In this document: in pieces, positions 11,177 through 25,657 of the stretch | Numbering within the stretch: position 1 is the stretch's first letter | Layout: each line of letters starts with the position of its first letter | The notes under the pieces: model-generated | What the model was told of the DNA's origin: nothing | Database searches by the model: none | The model's input: the letters and a program-made list of their open reading frames with translations, nothing else | Source: Amphiscolops sp. MND2022 | Taxonomy: Eukaryota | NCBI GenBank assembly: GCA_964187785.1 | Contig: OZ076409.1 | Span: forward strand, 37,698,001-37,762,000 | Direction of reading: 5' to 3' | DNA length: 64,000 nucleotides | Made by a program: the position numbers and the translations under genes

Positions 11177-14100
11177 AAAGTCAAATTAACGCCAAACGAT
11201 AACTCTCCTGCCTTTAGCCAGAGTTAACCAACACCAATTAACCTCGAGGAGGACATCCTCAAAGAACTAGCACAATTACACCGTTACGGGATAATAACAA
11301 CCCTACTGTTTTCCATATAAACAAGCCCGATTTTCGCCCAGAAGAAGCCGAACGGAAATTTGATACATACTTCTCGTCAACCTGAGAAAGATCAACATTA
11401 TAATTTTTGATGTTTACATCAGAAAGGTTCATCCTGTTGGCACTCTGACGACTGCCGCGCATCATATGGCTGGTAAAAGGCTCTTCTGCAAACGGGATTG
11501 CTCTCAAGCATACCATAGTCTGCAAATTGCTGACGAAAGGTCAATTGAGATGCTATCGTTTATTTTCGCAAGGAGACCCTTTGCTCACAGGAGATTAGCG
11601 CAAGGTCTTAATCAAGCTTTATCGGCTTGCTTCAGCTTCATGAGCGAATACCTAGGCAAAGTGATCAAAGCCGATCAATACACACCAGTATGTCCACGAA
11701 ATTGGATAGCTGTCAATGACGCTTAGCAACTGATCAACAACACAACCTTAGAGCATTTTTCCAATACATCCAGAAGGCTGCACTCAAACTAACGATGCAT
11801 GAATGCCATTTCGGAGCCACGAAAAATGACGTTCTTGGACGCACAATCGCCCCTGAAGGAGTGCCGTCACAGAGATCTAGGGTCCAAGACTTCCGGGAAA
11901 AAACGAATTTCCCAAAATCCAAGAAAGCCTTGCAAAAATGGTTTCTCAATTACTATCGCGACTACGTCCCCAGGCTCTCAGAAAAAATAACCCCTTTTTT
12001 CAAATAATTAACGAAAGATGAAAAAGTCCTTGTAACACCGACCCCGTTGGAAAAACTCTTCGAAATTAACAAGGCTCTTGATCAACGCTGTGAACTTGCA
12101 CTCAAACAACCTCTGCCGAACAAACACTTTGCGCTCTTGACCGACGCTAGCTTCTCGGCAGCTGGTTATGATCGACGATGATCCATTTGAGAAGTATACT
12201 TCAACGAGGAGGGCATTCTCACTAGTAGCTTGCTGATCTAGAGTCCTACCCAATTGAAAATTGTTCCTTTACCCTGAAAAATCTTGGCAATATTTTTTGC
12301 CTTTGAAGAATTCGGACATGTTTTTGAGGAACCCCAAACCGGTGATTATCCTCACCGACAACATGTTGGTCACACAATTTTTCAGAACGAAAATCATACC
12401 ACTCACATTGTGGAAGGCATGTGACTACGTCATCAAAGTTCAATTCCACTATAGCCCATATCCCATGCAGAAATAACACGTCTCGAAATCTCACCAAACA
12501 AGAAAATGATACTGTGAATACTGGAGGATGTTGCGACAACGCCTAATGAGCTCATCGTAAAATCTGCAGGAATCGCCGATGAGGATCAAATCTTCTACAC
12601 CGACGATGACGAAGAAACTGAAGAACAACTCTGGCAAAGATAGAAAGAAGCCAGAAACCACCCGTCCAACCAACTACCGGACATTTGTTAGCGAAATTTA
12701 GCACTCACCATAGTCCATATCCCAAATTGACTACTTCACAAAAACTGTCCAATAAGACCACTTTGACCATCGAACAAAACAACGAAATATTTCTTCAACA
12801 AGTACGGCTTAAACTGTTGAAAGAAGAATGCTCAGAAACCATTGTACAACAACGTAACCGTTATCGCCACTACTGCAGTCAGATTGACCGTCTGTATATT
12901 CAAGACGACATTTTCATCAAAAAATTTTTGATGAAACAGGAAGTATTCAATACCATCTAGCATTAATTATACCCTAAACAATTAGTCATGGAATTGCTGT
13001 AATCACTTCACGGAACAGCCATCAAACATCCGGGAATTTCAAAGATGCTATAGGAAACTCACCAAAAATATTCATTTCCCTGGAATAGCAAAAATTGTCA
13101 AGAAATGGGTACACGGATGCGAAATATGCATCAAACACAAGCACTATTCAATTTACCAAAATGAGATGTAGGCCCAGAGGATGTCTTACAAACCGACATG
13201 TTGCCTAATTTGTCCGCAAGTGGAGGGTATGAGAACATAATATCAGCACTAGATGTTTTCTCTAGATAACTATTTGCTCACCCAGTCACGGTTGCTTCAG
13301 CAGCAACCACCGCGAAAGACATAATGAGAAGAGACACTCACCTGTCCACCACTCTGACCGCTGACAAATGGTCTGCCTTTACATCCAAGTTGGTAGCCGA
13401 GAGTGCACAGATTTCAGGCTTTCAAGCAAACTGTGCGGCGGCGAAGCATCCACAGACGATTGGTAAACTAGAACGAAGGCATGCTAGCCTTAAAACCAAC
13501 CTTATAATGGACTCTGGTGCTTACAGCGTCAATGGCTTAAATATCTTCCATTGGCAGTGCTTAACTACAATTCAACTTTTCATTCGAGCTTAGAATTTGT
13601 ACCTTCACGAATTTTACATGGACGTGTGCCCTATAATAACTTAAATCATATGTTAAGACCTAATCCTAACCCCAAGATCCTACCGACAACAGTTTTTACA
13701 GAAAAGTTTCGCTGCTGCACGCAAATACTTATTGACACGACGAAGAGAAACATCATGCAGTGGTACTTAAAATACAAAGAATACTACTACCGAAAAACAA
13801 GAGAAGCCCCATTCCAAAAGCGAGACTACTGTTTCATACTGCAACTGTTAGCATTTTATCAAGGTTCAAAAATCCTGTTTCGCAACTTCTGGTGGACAGG
13901 ACCTTATGTCATTGAAAATGTTCTACCGAATGACAACTACATCGTCCGTAAACTCAATTCCAAGCAAACACAAACTTTACACGGAATAAGATTACGAAAA
14001 TACAAACCAAATGAACGTTAGCGAGATGACCATCCGTAAAGAAATTTACAAGCTGATGACGAAATTGTTATCTCACAGGTTGATCTCTGTATTAATTCGT

Positions 14101-14595
14101 GAGAAACTGAATTTCGCGTTTTTCCGACTTATTCAGACAATAGAAACGTTCTAGACAAGGCCTCTACTGATTCTGCACAGCACAACGCTGAAATGACAGA
14201 TTTGGACCTTCGGTTCACTCGACTGCAGCAAGACACTGATGTCACTGCTACCGAAACACAACAGAACGACTCAGCTAACTTGGACATTACGTCCACTGGA
14301 CCGCATCAAACAACGGAAGCAGCTGACACCGAGCGGCGGACTTGGGATGAAAGGGATGACAACCTTACGTCTACTTGACCGGAGCAAAAAACTGATTTCG
14401 AAAGGGACGATATAAGTTCTACGGAAACCAACGAACCTCATGCGTTCGAAAAGACTATTCCGGCGGGAGCAATACAATCGTGCCCGACATACCAGACACT
14501 GAAAATGACAGATTGGTGTGGAGAATGAAAGTCCTGGGGAAAGAAAATATAACCTACGTCCCAACCCCAGCTATTCAGAAGAATTCAGATACTAT
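11177..14595 (+). pseudogene. pol: Degenerate Ty3/Gypsy pol (RT, RNase H, integrase, C-terminal tail), 5'-truncated
   Basis: Fragments SPIFAQKKPNG, LFCKRDCSQAYHSLQIAD (RT), LLTDAS and PVIILTDN (RNase H), HPQTIGKLERRHASLK (integrase), WTGPYVIENV (GPY/F) and ERKYNLRPNPSYSEEFRY tail. Many stops and frameshifts. Confidence 0.88.
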
Positions 14596-14767
14596 AAAAT
14601 TTTACTGGTTAACGCAGAATAATAATAACCAGTATCAAGACACCACAATGGCACAACAGAAATCAAATAAACACTGTCAAGATAAATCAACACACAATCA
14701 ATACACCAACTAACAAACAGACATAGTACAAAAATACAAACAAAATACAAGGCAACACAATGTACAA

Positions 14768-16620
14768 TCACTCAAGGTCTTTTTCAGAGAGGGGAGTAAT
14801 CGAACTCATTGACGTTTCGCTGTCTGATGGACGCTTGGCAAACAACTTTTTGGGCCGTGTTGGAGGCAGACATCTCGAAGCGCCACTATTCTTTGGCTCT
14901 CCAAACATTATATTCTTTTCCACAGCCCGACGCTTCGAGACAGCAGGTTTCAGCTTAGTGAGGATATTAGCACGAGCGGAGTGATCTAGGCCATCCCAAG
15001 GACTGTAAATGTCGGAAAAGGATGGGCCATCAAACGTAGGTTCAAATATCAAGAACTTAGAAATAGGAGGAGCTGTGGTGAAGGCATCGATACTTCGTCC
15101 CAAATCAATGAAATAGAACTGCACGTGTAAAATAATGTCCGCGAGCTTGCTTTTCGGATCATCAGTTTGCACGGGACCAAACTACACGGGAGGCATTTCG
15201 TCATAGCCTTCGCCCAAACTCAGGCGATTTAGTTTGAAATTGCGGGCTAAATGCGGACGGGACTTCAGGTCGCCATGACTCGCAATGTATGGAACGGCAT
15301 CAAAGTTGACCGCCCCGTGTTGATAAAGCTCCATCATTTCCTTCCTCAACTCATCCAGGAAGGACGGATACTCCTCACTACAAATTGACTCGTCATGAGG
15401 CTGGAAATACTCGCGGAGCTGGAACCTTCGAAAAAGCTGCTTAAACTAATAGACACTAATAGACAGCCTGTTCCAATATTGCACAAATAATGATGTCTAG
15501 GTCGAAAAAGCACAGACCTATCACGATATCAGAGGTTAACTGTGGAATAGAATGGTTACTCTGGAATAAAAATACTACATACCTTCGCCTCAGACCACCG
15601 GATTCCTCTTTCATGTCTTTAATGAGTTTAGTCAAGCTGACATCATCTCTTTTCGTCTCACTCACCTCTCTCTCAGCCTTGATCTTGCAAGCTGTATTAA
15701 GTCTCTGGTCAAGCTCTGATCGGGCAAGGAAATCGGGCATAGCGAGAGCCCAGGCATCGCACACGACAATATCCAGAATACCAGCAAGGTCAGACTCCTG
15801 AGGAAGACCTTTAACCTTGAAACATAGCCTTCCAAGCTTAAATAAAAAATGGCATAGCTGTCGATAAAAATGGAATTCGTGATCTCGTCTCTTAGCCAGT
15901 TTAGAATTGAAACTGGTAGTATCTGAGGGAGACTACCCAATTTCTTTAGTACACATGAGAAAAGCAGCGACCGAGGCTGTTTACATTCTTTGACCAGGCC
16001 ATAGAACAGCTCAAGCCGACATAAAAAAGTTTTTCACCATCTCCAAATTCTGTGGCTATAACAACTAAAAAAAAATGAGAAATGTTACCAAGTGGATGGG
16101 TAGTCGATTTGTCTATAATACCTAACTGGTCTTCTTACTCCCATCATTCCTTGAGGAGGAACGTGGGTATCCAAGAACTCAGTTACGTTCGTCCAATTTG
16201 CTAACAACTCCAGACACAAAGTAGAAGTTGTGGCCAAGTTGAATTGGAAAAGGCATGGCCAATCATGATACGAAGAGTTGTGCATATAAGCGTACTTTTG
16301 AGATCAAAAGACCGGAAAGCTTGCACATGAAGCGGGAAAAAGTCGAGCTGGACCATAAAAGCAGCAAACATAAAAAGAAGCAATACCCCGACTAGAGTAA
16401 CAAGCAGATATGTATGGGTCCTGATTGAAACAACTGATCGTTGACGAAAACGATTTTGAAATTGAACGAACGTTCTTTTGGACGGATCCGACAATTGTTT
16501 TTCCATTGTTGCATAGAGAGCTTACAAGGAACAAACGGTATTTGTTGCACACAGAGTCGCTAAGATCCTTAATATTTCAACCACTGGAGGCATGTCAGAA
16601 GAAAGAAAGAAGATGATTCG
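14768..16620 (-). pseudogene. Decayed antisense accessory gene downstream of pol (homologous to 28549-31862)
   Basis: Minus-strand coding fragments (LFRRFQLREYFQPHDE...PVQTDDPKSKLADIILHVQ...; GILDIVVCDAWALAMPDF). GT-AG-like junctions near 15437, 15582 and 16065-16088. Shares a WxxA[ML]P[DE]F motif with the second element. Confidence 0.6.
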
Positions 16621-16879
16621 CCACGAACCTCATTGCACTTGTTTCAACAGAAAACAGAAGACATAGAGCAAGTCTTTAAAGTCGTGTCAGAAGGAAATGC
16701 CATAGATTGAGAGAAGTTCGGTTCTTTCAGAAAAAGGACACGGATTTTCGTCTACTGTCTTCGGTTCCAATCACAACTCAAGGGAAAAGTCGTTATGATA
16801 GAAAACTTGCATCAAGTGATCCAAGTGCAACTGCGGAAAAGCAAGATGGATGGCTTTGGTCCAAATTATCAGACATTGG

Positions 16880-17420
16880 TTTCAGGTAGACCTATGGCAG
16901 CATCTGATCACTTGAACAAACTATCTCAATTTTCGGACAATCAGGAGCTCATGTGATTAACTCATGTTGAAACTAATTATGACACGAAACATCCAATTTG
17001 GTTGTCTGCGAAGGATCCGATAGTTGGGAAATTAATTGAAGATACGCACGAAAAAAAACAATCACGGAATAAATTCGGCTTAGTTTGCAGCAAAATTAAT
17101 GGATAATTAGAATCCGAAACGCTCTCAGAAACGTGAAGTCGAAGTGTGGCAAATTTAGAAAACAACAAGTTGGGAACTTTCAACCTTTCATAGCAAACCT
17201 GTCTAAAGAACGTTAGGGAGAAAAGGTTTTTCCTTCTGCCACTACTGGAGCAGAATAATTTGGATCATTCGAAATGAGATTCAAGAGGATATCGAAGAAA
17301 CGATGGTGTTGTCTTTTCACACGTTTGACAACATGAGTTATACATGTTGAAGTTGTACCCAGCCTGGAAGCCGACACATGTCTCGATGCCATTACAAGAT
17401 TCATCGCTAGAAAAGGAAAA
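16880..17420 (+). pseudogene. BEL/Pao retrotransposon integrase relic
   Basis: Plus-strand fragments KHPIWLSAKDPIVGKLIEDTH and KRWCCLFTRLTT*VIHVEVVPSLEADTCLDAITRFIARKG, typical of BEL/Pao integrase (CLxTRAVHLE...RFIARRG). Confidence 0.8.
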
Positions 17421-17811
17421 CTCGATGGCAGAGCAGATGATGTACTACCCACAACCATGTATCTAGTCGAGCAGATATCAGTGACGATCCTGAAGGTTTG
17501 CAAGCTTTGACTCCAAATGATCTTCTGTAGGACGAGCGAGTCCAGCAACTCCCCTTTTTCCTGTCCTGACGCACAGCGACATACAGATCTGCGAAGAGCA
17601 TTCATTAATATTCAGAGTATCACAAGCACATTCAGATATGATCTGGTGGAGCAGATGCAACAATGAATATTGTAAATATTGGAAGTCTAGCATGACCGCG
17701 ATGGTGACATCAGTGCAGGTGAAAAAAGAAGATCGAATATTAAAAAAACAGCAGTTAAATAAGCACTCTTAGTCTGCGAAAGTGTGTTTCAGGAGAAAAA
17801 CAGGGCCGGCA

Positions 17812-18118
17812 AGATTGGTACCAGTCAATTCCAAGACGCAAAAGTTGTTTCGAACGTTACTGATGAAATTTTGAACTCAAACACTTAGAAACTTTGTCGA
17901 GATTTTAGTTGGAAAAGTACAAATTTCAGCAGTAGGCTTGAGTGCAATCACACCATCATCCCTCACTGGTTGAAAAACTCATACAATCACCTCGAAACTT
18001 GCGACACATATACCGGTGTAATAACCTAAAATTTCACTCGGTGCACCCAACCCTTTGCCACGTGGATGCCGAGCAACTACCACTGAATTGACCTCGGTAA
18101 ACCCAATTTTGCTAAACA
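17812..18118 (+). repeat. Possible 3' LTR of the BEL/Pao relic
   Basis: Follows purine-rich GGAGAAAAACAGGG and ends in ...AAACA. No second copy in the window, so boundaries are uncertain. Confidence 0.3.
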
Positions 18119-20090
18119 AGTTTCTGTATATTTCTCATTCGACCTTGAAGGAAAAATACCTTTGTTGAAATCAATGTTATTTACATTGTGTAACTTCATA
18201 TTATGCTTCAAATGTCTTTTGTTTATACCTACTTATATTTGATGAATATTTACTAAGGAATTGTGAACCAAAAACATACCTTTACTAGATATAGATTTTA
18301 AATCACACAATAGTTGTAGTCAAATTGGGTCTCAGGACCGCCAGACTACTTGATTTTCCATATCGTCACAAATGTTTGCAAGAGTCAAAGCGAACAAAGA
18401 GCTACTCTCATAGTTGGAGTGTCGGAGCGCGTAAATTCACAGAGCGAGAAGTTTGTGATGGGTCTCAGAAGATCTAACGAGTAAAGCGGGATCGTAGGAG
18501 TTCACACGGGTCACATCGGACCCACCAGCTAAAAGATATAGTCCTTCTTAAACACGAAAACCAGAATTCTTTAGTAACGGTCCACGGTACTAAACAACGG
18601 ATTAGGGCGGCGTAAAGCTTGTCAATGATATTGGCAAGCAGCCGTTACAGGTATTGTATTTTTGTAGTCTTAGGATTGTGTCCATCGTGATAAGTTACGA
18701 TCTTGGAATAATTTACTATCTTAGTAGGATCTTAATGAGAATCTTGCCATGGGTTCCATGGTCGAAAAGTTGTAGTAGGAATTTAATAAGATCTTGCCAA
18801 GACAGCCAATATGCTATTAAGAGGGTCATCCCGGGCGGTCAAGTGAAATTGTTTTTATTAATACCTGAAATAACAGTGACAACCAATCATATTGCAGTAT
18901 TCTATAAGTCTAACTCATCGCTCGCTGATACTGGGGAGGGGCGATAAAAAACTTTCCGCGTTAATGGGGGTTGTTAACAGAAAACAGATGTCATCGTTTA
19001 TTTGTTTATTTTTTGAGTTCCGTGGGAGAACGTTTCTGAAGCATGAAGTGTTTTTTGATACACCCAGTTTTTTTCAGAACACTACCCACAGATCGAGGCT
19101 TAATTTTTCTTAAATGACCGTCAGAATGAGACTCAAAAGATTTCATGTTCCTAAATTTTCGACAATTTGAGGCTCGAGATATCCTTAATTTCTAGAAATC
19201 GAAAGCTTTTCACTACCACGCGTGATAGAGTTTTGTAAGCGATGCAAGTATCGGGCTCTTTATTCGGCTCTTTATCATAACGGCTGGCACGTACGAAAAA
19301 CCGCATACTTCAGCAAACCCAAGCAGATGTTAAAATTGACTACCAAGTTAATTGAATTGACTATATTAGTCCTTCTGAAATTGTGCTGATGTTTATTCTG
19401 TTGATGTGAATTTCAATTTGAGCCTCTGTGGCGTTCTTGAAGTGTTCTTGTTTTTTTTCTTTCTGAGGCTAGTGTTCGTATAAAGTGTTTTTTATAAAAA
19501 ATTGGATGTAATGATTTCACTCCCCCAGATATGAAACGAGAGTGGAAATGAATTTACAGTAGTCATTTACAATGAGTTAACGTAATGATGAACTGTAGAT
19601 TCAAAGCATCAAACTCTCAGAACGCTTTGTCAAAAATTTCACAGGTTGATCTTCAAAACTTCAATTTCCAAGAAAGAAGGCTAGCTATACTTCATTTTTG
19701 GCGCCAAATTTTTTCCAATGGTGCTCAATAAAAAGTAGTTAGCCTCCGCACAAGTTATGACATCAGAAGCGGTTATTTTCATGAACGAATGGTTAATCAG
19801 AATCGAAAGATTTTGAAGCAGAAAAACACAATAGACTATGTTTTGAGCTTGATTAGCGGAAAAAATCTGCATCCCATTAAAATTTTGAGCTTTCATTAAT
19901 TATGAAAGCTGAAAATTCCGTCTTCTACAGAGAATGACTATTTTGTCTGTTTCATCTTTTCAATTGAAATCAATTAAAAGTTTACATTTAGGTTCGTGAC
20001 GATTGAAATGTACAAACAGTGCACACTATCTTGGAAATAAAGCTTGCTTTTTTGACTAAGAAATCAACAATCTTGCAAGATTTTGTTAAG

Positions 20091-23000
20091 AATGAAAAAA
20101 CGCTTTCCTTTCTCGATCAACAAAATTCATGAAAATGGTTTTTACTACGAAACAAAATCTTCCAGGAAAATTCAAGAATACCCAGGATCTTGTAACTAAA
20201 AATAACTAAAAATAACTAAGAAAGCCACGAATAGCGTGAACAAGCAAGAGGTCTCACAATTCTCGTGTACAACGTATCCCACCGCATGAAAAACATGAAC
20301 CACAATTTTTCAGGAATCAAACCCGGCATCAAGATGTAAAACCTAAAATCACAGCGGACTTACTCTAAAACCACTTTTTCAACTACTGTTGTACTTCAAA
20401 TACGCAAAACCATGGAATTTATTGAAATACTGCACTTCTTGTGGACTTTACAGAGCGTTATGTGTTAACGTGTTAGAAAAGTCGGATAGGGAGCTGAAAA
20501 CGTTGGGTCTCCGGATTTTTTCACAGGTTCAAGGCATTTCGAGATCTTATGAAGACTTTCAATAAGTAACGGGAACTTGTACAAAATCCTATTCGTTTTC
20601 AATCAAGACAGTTCACATTGGGTTTGTCATCAACTGATTCAACCTTCACATGATGCGAGAATGAACAAAATTTCAGTACAAAAAACTGAAACGGTAATTG
20701 TTTATGTAAATACGCATTTAACTGTCAGTGTTAATTTAACACTGTCAACGTTACGTTATTTATGAATTCCCTAGTTGCAACTGCTTGAAACTTTTACATT
20801 ATTTTAGAGGCTACCAAGCACTTTTAGCATGATTTTTAGAGTTTCATAGAGAATGATCAATGCTAAATATTCCCTTCTTGAACTTGCTTGAACTTTTTAT
20901 ATGTTCTTTAAAGTTGCCAGCACTTTTTCAATGATTTTCTAAATCTCTTGCGGAAAGTTTAATGCATTAATATTCCCTGTTGTCATCAACTTTTATCAAG
21001 CTGCTTCAAAGAACTATTCACGTTTTGGCGGCTATTTCAAGACGTGAAGTTTTGCAAGTTTTATTATGCATCAGTTTTAATTTTAAATGCATCTGAGACG
21101 TCAAAAAGTTTACCGCCTGTTTAATGCAAATTAACTTCATTCGCAATGTGAACAACAAACTAGCGTCATCTCCGGCGTCCTGTTTGAGAAGCGGTGATTA
21201 ACATAGATGGGTAGTTGAAAAATAAATGTGTGAATTCAACGTAATCGTGTCCGTAAAGAAGGGAAAGTATTTTCAAATTTAATTGCAGTATTAGAGAATG
21301 CAGAGTAATTCTACAAGATTTATCACCGGATGGTCACTGAATTTTTTAGGTTTTATAAAAAATACCCTGCATGCAGGCCTGTAGCATGTAAAAATTTCAA
21401 GCAGACTGAACTAAGATTTCCCTAAGGCAATGATATTTCTTTTTGCTAGTACTGAAGCTACAGTATGATGTAAACAAAACTTTTGCGTGTGCCAGTGTGG
21501 CAAACGAATTCGTATAACTGGAATTTTTTTCGATGGAAATTTTTTTTGCTTGGAAACTGTTTCAAACGGTAATTATTATATATTCTTTGGGCAAAGCGAA
21601 AACTTGTTAATTATTAAGTTCTTCGAGGTTTTTTGGGGAACTACTTCAAAAGCGGAATATTAGAATCAGCTGTTTTGATTGGGTGAAATGTTTCATCGCA
21701 TTAAATCAGAAAAAAACTGAGAAACTGAGAAAAACAAAATCTTTGAAATAACTTTAAAAAGTTCACCGATGAACTCAACAGTTATGGAACTAAATACGTA
21801 TATCGTGTTTTTTTTATATTGGGATGATTCTTTTTCTCATATCTTTTTCAATTGAAAGTTTTTCTGCCTATTTTGTCAGCCATTAGGGACGCTAAGGATT
21901 AGCAATACTGTTATCGACAAGATTTTATTGAATAAGTGGAGATTTGCGCTAAGAAAATGGTCGTTATTGAAGAAAATGTTTACAGTCTTGCATGGATTTT
22001 TTTTTCAAAATAGCTTTAGGCAGCTTGGACATTTTTTCAAAGCACAGGGAAATGCTGCCAGGATTTTCCAAGCTGCAGGGAAGTTTTGCAAGAATTTTCC
22101 ATGGAGGGTCACTGAGTTTTCTATGTTTTTATAGAAAATTAGTCTGCGCGCATTAATGCTGCATGTAAAAAGTTCCTGTAGTTTGGACCACGGTTCAAAG
22201 CATCGGTTTTAATTATAACTTAAAGGTTGAGATAAAATTAGTGACAAAAAGATGTCATTTTGAATAGAATTTTCATCCTTGGAGATTTTCACAGACAACT
22301 TTTTACATACTTCTCGAAGAACTTACCTGAACTTTTTACATCTTTTGGGGAAACACTAAGCTCCTAAATACCACCGGCGAAGTCACAATAATTTTCTACA
22401 GAGAAGAAAAACAAGGTTTTGAAGAGATAAAACGGATAATGACAAAAAAAATAGAAGAAAGACGTCGTTGAACAAAAGTACAAGTACGTAGTAGAAGAAA
22501 ACGAGGAACTTCAATCATTCATGTCTACAGTTAGATGTTACACACTGAAAAACGGGATTACGTTGTGAAAACAAATGGTCTTGCTGCTATTGTGGCTCAG
22601 ATAAAATCAATTCTATCAAGGATCTTGCAACATCTTTAATGATGCAGCCCTTTAAAGATGTTGCTATTAAACATGTTCTGTCAACAAAATTCTAAAATCT
22701 TCCAAAAATTCATGCCATTTTTTTTCTCAATAGATAAATGAATCCGAGGGTAGAAATACCGTAGTCAAGACTGCTGGAAAACTTTACATGCTGCAGACCT
22801 GCAACAGGTTAACCCGATAGTTATTTATTCTGCAATTGATGGTACTAATCATATATTTGTAAGAGTATGAAGAATATACGAATGAAAAAACGCTTTCCTT
22901 TCTCGATCATTAAAATTTATGAAATGGTTTTTACTACGAAACAAAACTTTCCGGGAAAGTTCCAGAATACCCAGGATCTTGTAACTAAAAATAACTAAAA

Positions 23001-25657
23001 CTAACTAAGAAAGCCACGAATAGCGTGAACAAGCAAGAGGTCTCACAATTCTCGTGTACAACGTATCCCACAGCAACAAAAACACGAACCACAATTTTTC
23101 CGGAATCAAACCCGGCATCAAGATGTAAAATCTAAAATCACTGCGGACTTGAATCTAAAACCACTTTTTCAATTACTGCCGTACTTCCAATAAGCTAAAC
23201 CATGGAATTTATTGAAATCTGCACTTCTTGTGGACTTTACAGAGCGTTCTGTGTTAAGGTGTTAGAAAAGTCGGATAGGGAGCTGAAAACGTTGAGTCTC
23301 CGGATTTTTTCTCAGGTGCAAGGTGTTTCAAGATCTTATGAAGGCTTTCAATAAGTAACGGGAACTTGTACAAATTCCTGTTCGTTTTCAATCAAGACAG
23401 TTCACATAGGGTTTGTCATCAACTGATTCAACCGTTACATCATGCGAGAATGAACAAAATTTCAGTACAAAAAACTGAAACGGTAATTGTTTATGTAAAT
23501 ATGCATTTAACTGTCAGTCCTAATTTAACACTGTCAACGTTACGTTATTTATGAATTCCCTAGATGAAACTGCTTGAAACTTTTACATAATTTTATAGGC
23601 TACCAAGCACTTTTAGCATGATTTTTAGAGTTTCATAGAGAATCATTAATGCTAAATATTCCCTTCTGGAACTTGCTTGAACTTTTTATATGTTCTTCAA
23701 AGTTACCAGCAACTTTTTCATAGATTTTCTAAATCTCTTGCGGAAACTTTAATGCATTAATTTTCCCTGTTGTCATCAACTATTAACAAGCTGCTTCAAA
23801 GAACTATCAACGTTTTGGCGGCAATTTCAAGACGTGAAGTTTTGCAAGTTTTATTATGCATCAGTTTTAATTTTAAATGCATCTGAGACGTCAAAAAGTT
23901 TACCGCCTGTTTAATGCAAATTAACTTCATTCGCAATGTGAACAACAAAAGTAGCGTCATCTCCAGCGTCCTGTTTGAGAAGCGGTGATTAACTTAGATG
24001 GGTAGTTGAAAAATAAATGTGTGAATTCAACGTAATCGTGTCCGTAAAGAAGGGAAAGTGTTTTCAAATTTAATTGCAGTATTAGGGAATGCAGAGTAAT
24101 TCTACAAGATTTATCAACGGATGCTCACTGAATTTTTTTGGTTTTATAAAAAATACCTCGCATGCAGGCCTGTAGCAAGTAAAAACTTCAAACAGACTGA
24201 ACTAAGATTTCCCTAATGCAATGATATTTCTTTTTGCCAGTACTGAAGCTACAGTATGATGTAAACAAAACTTTTGCGTGTGCCAGTGTGGCAAACGAAA
24301 TCGTATAACTGGAATTTTTTCGATGGAAAATTTTTTTGCTTGGAAACTGTTTCAAACGGTAATTAATATATATTCTTTGGGCAAAGCGAAAACTTGTTAA
24401 TTCTTAAGTTCTTCGAGATTTTTTGGGGAACTACTTCGAGAGCGGAATATTAGAATCAGCTGTTTTGATTGGGTGAAATGTTTCATCGCAGTAAATCAGA
24501 AAAAAAACTGAGAAACTGAGAAAAACAAAATCCTTGAAATAACGCAAAAAGTTCACCGATGAACTCAACAGAGTTATAGAACTAAATACGTATATCGTGT
24601 TTTTTTATATTGGAATGATTCTTTTTCTCATATCTTTTTCAATTGAAAGTTTTTCTGCCTATTTTGTCAGCCATTAGGGACGCTAAGGATTAGCAATACT
24701 GTTATCGACAAGATTTTATTGAATAAGTGGAGATTTGCGCTAAGAAAATGGTCGTTATTGAAGAAAATGTTTATAGTCTTGCATGAATTTTTTTCAAAAT
24801 GGCTTTAAGCAGCTTGGACATTTTTGCAAAGCACAGGGAAATGCTGCCAGGATTTTCCAAGCTGAAGGGAAGTTTTGCAAGAATTTTTCATGCAGGGTCA
24901 CTGAATTTTCTATGTTTTTTAAAAAATTAGTCTGCGCGCATTAAGGCTGCATGTAAAAAGTTCCAGTAGTTTCGACCAGGGTTCAAAGCATCGCTTTTGA
25001 TTATAACTTAAAGGTTGAGATAAAATTAGTGACAAAAAGATGTCATTTTGAATAGAATTTTCATCCTTTGAGTTTTTCCCAGAGAACTTTTTACATACTT
25101 CTCGAAGAACTTACCTGAACTTTTTACATCTTTTGGGGAAACACTAAGCTCCTAAATACCACCGGCCAAGTCACGATAATTTTCTACAGAGAAGAAAAAA
25201 CAAGGTTTTGTAGAGATAAAACGGATAATGACAAAAAAAATAGAAGAAAGACGGCGTTGAACAAAAGTACAAGTACGTAGTAGAAGAAAACGAGGAACTT
25301 CAATCATTCATGTCTACAGTTAGATGTTACACCCTGAAAAACGGGATTACGTTGTGAAAACAAATGGTTTTGGTGCTATTGTGGCTCAGAAAAAATCAAT
25401 TCTTCCAAGGATCTTGCAACATCCTTAATGATGCAGCCCTTGAAAGATGTTGCTATTAAACATGTTCTGTCAACAAAATTGCAAACTGTTCCAAAAATTC
25501 ATGCCATTTTTTTCTCAATAGATAAATGAATCCGAAGGTAGAAATACCGTAGTCAAGACTGCTGGAAAACTTTACATGCTGCAGACCTGCAACAGGTTTA
25601 CCCGATAGTTATGTATTCTGCAATTGATGGTACTAATCATATATTTGTAAGAGTATG
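20091..25657. repeat. Tandem duplication of about 2.79 kb (20091-22868 and 22881-25657)
   Basis: Both copies begin AATGAAAAAACGCTTTCCTTTCTCGATCA and end ATATTTGTAAGAGTATG. They are colinear, roughly 95% identical by eye. Confidence 0.93.

Noticed and set aside
18410..18650. Faint KH-domain-like text (FVMGLRRSN...LVTVHGTKQRIRAA) ending at a GT donor
   Set aside because: Needs frameshifts and stop read-through, and the GxxG loop is absent; cannot be supported without a profile search.
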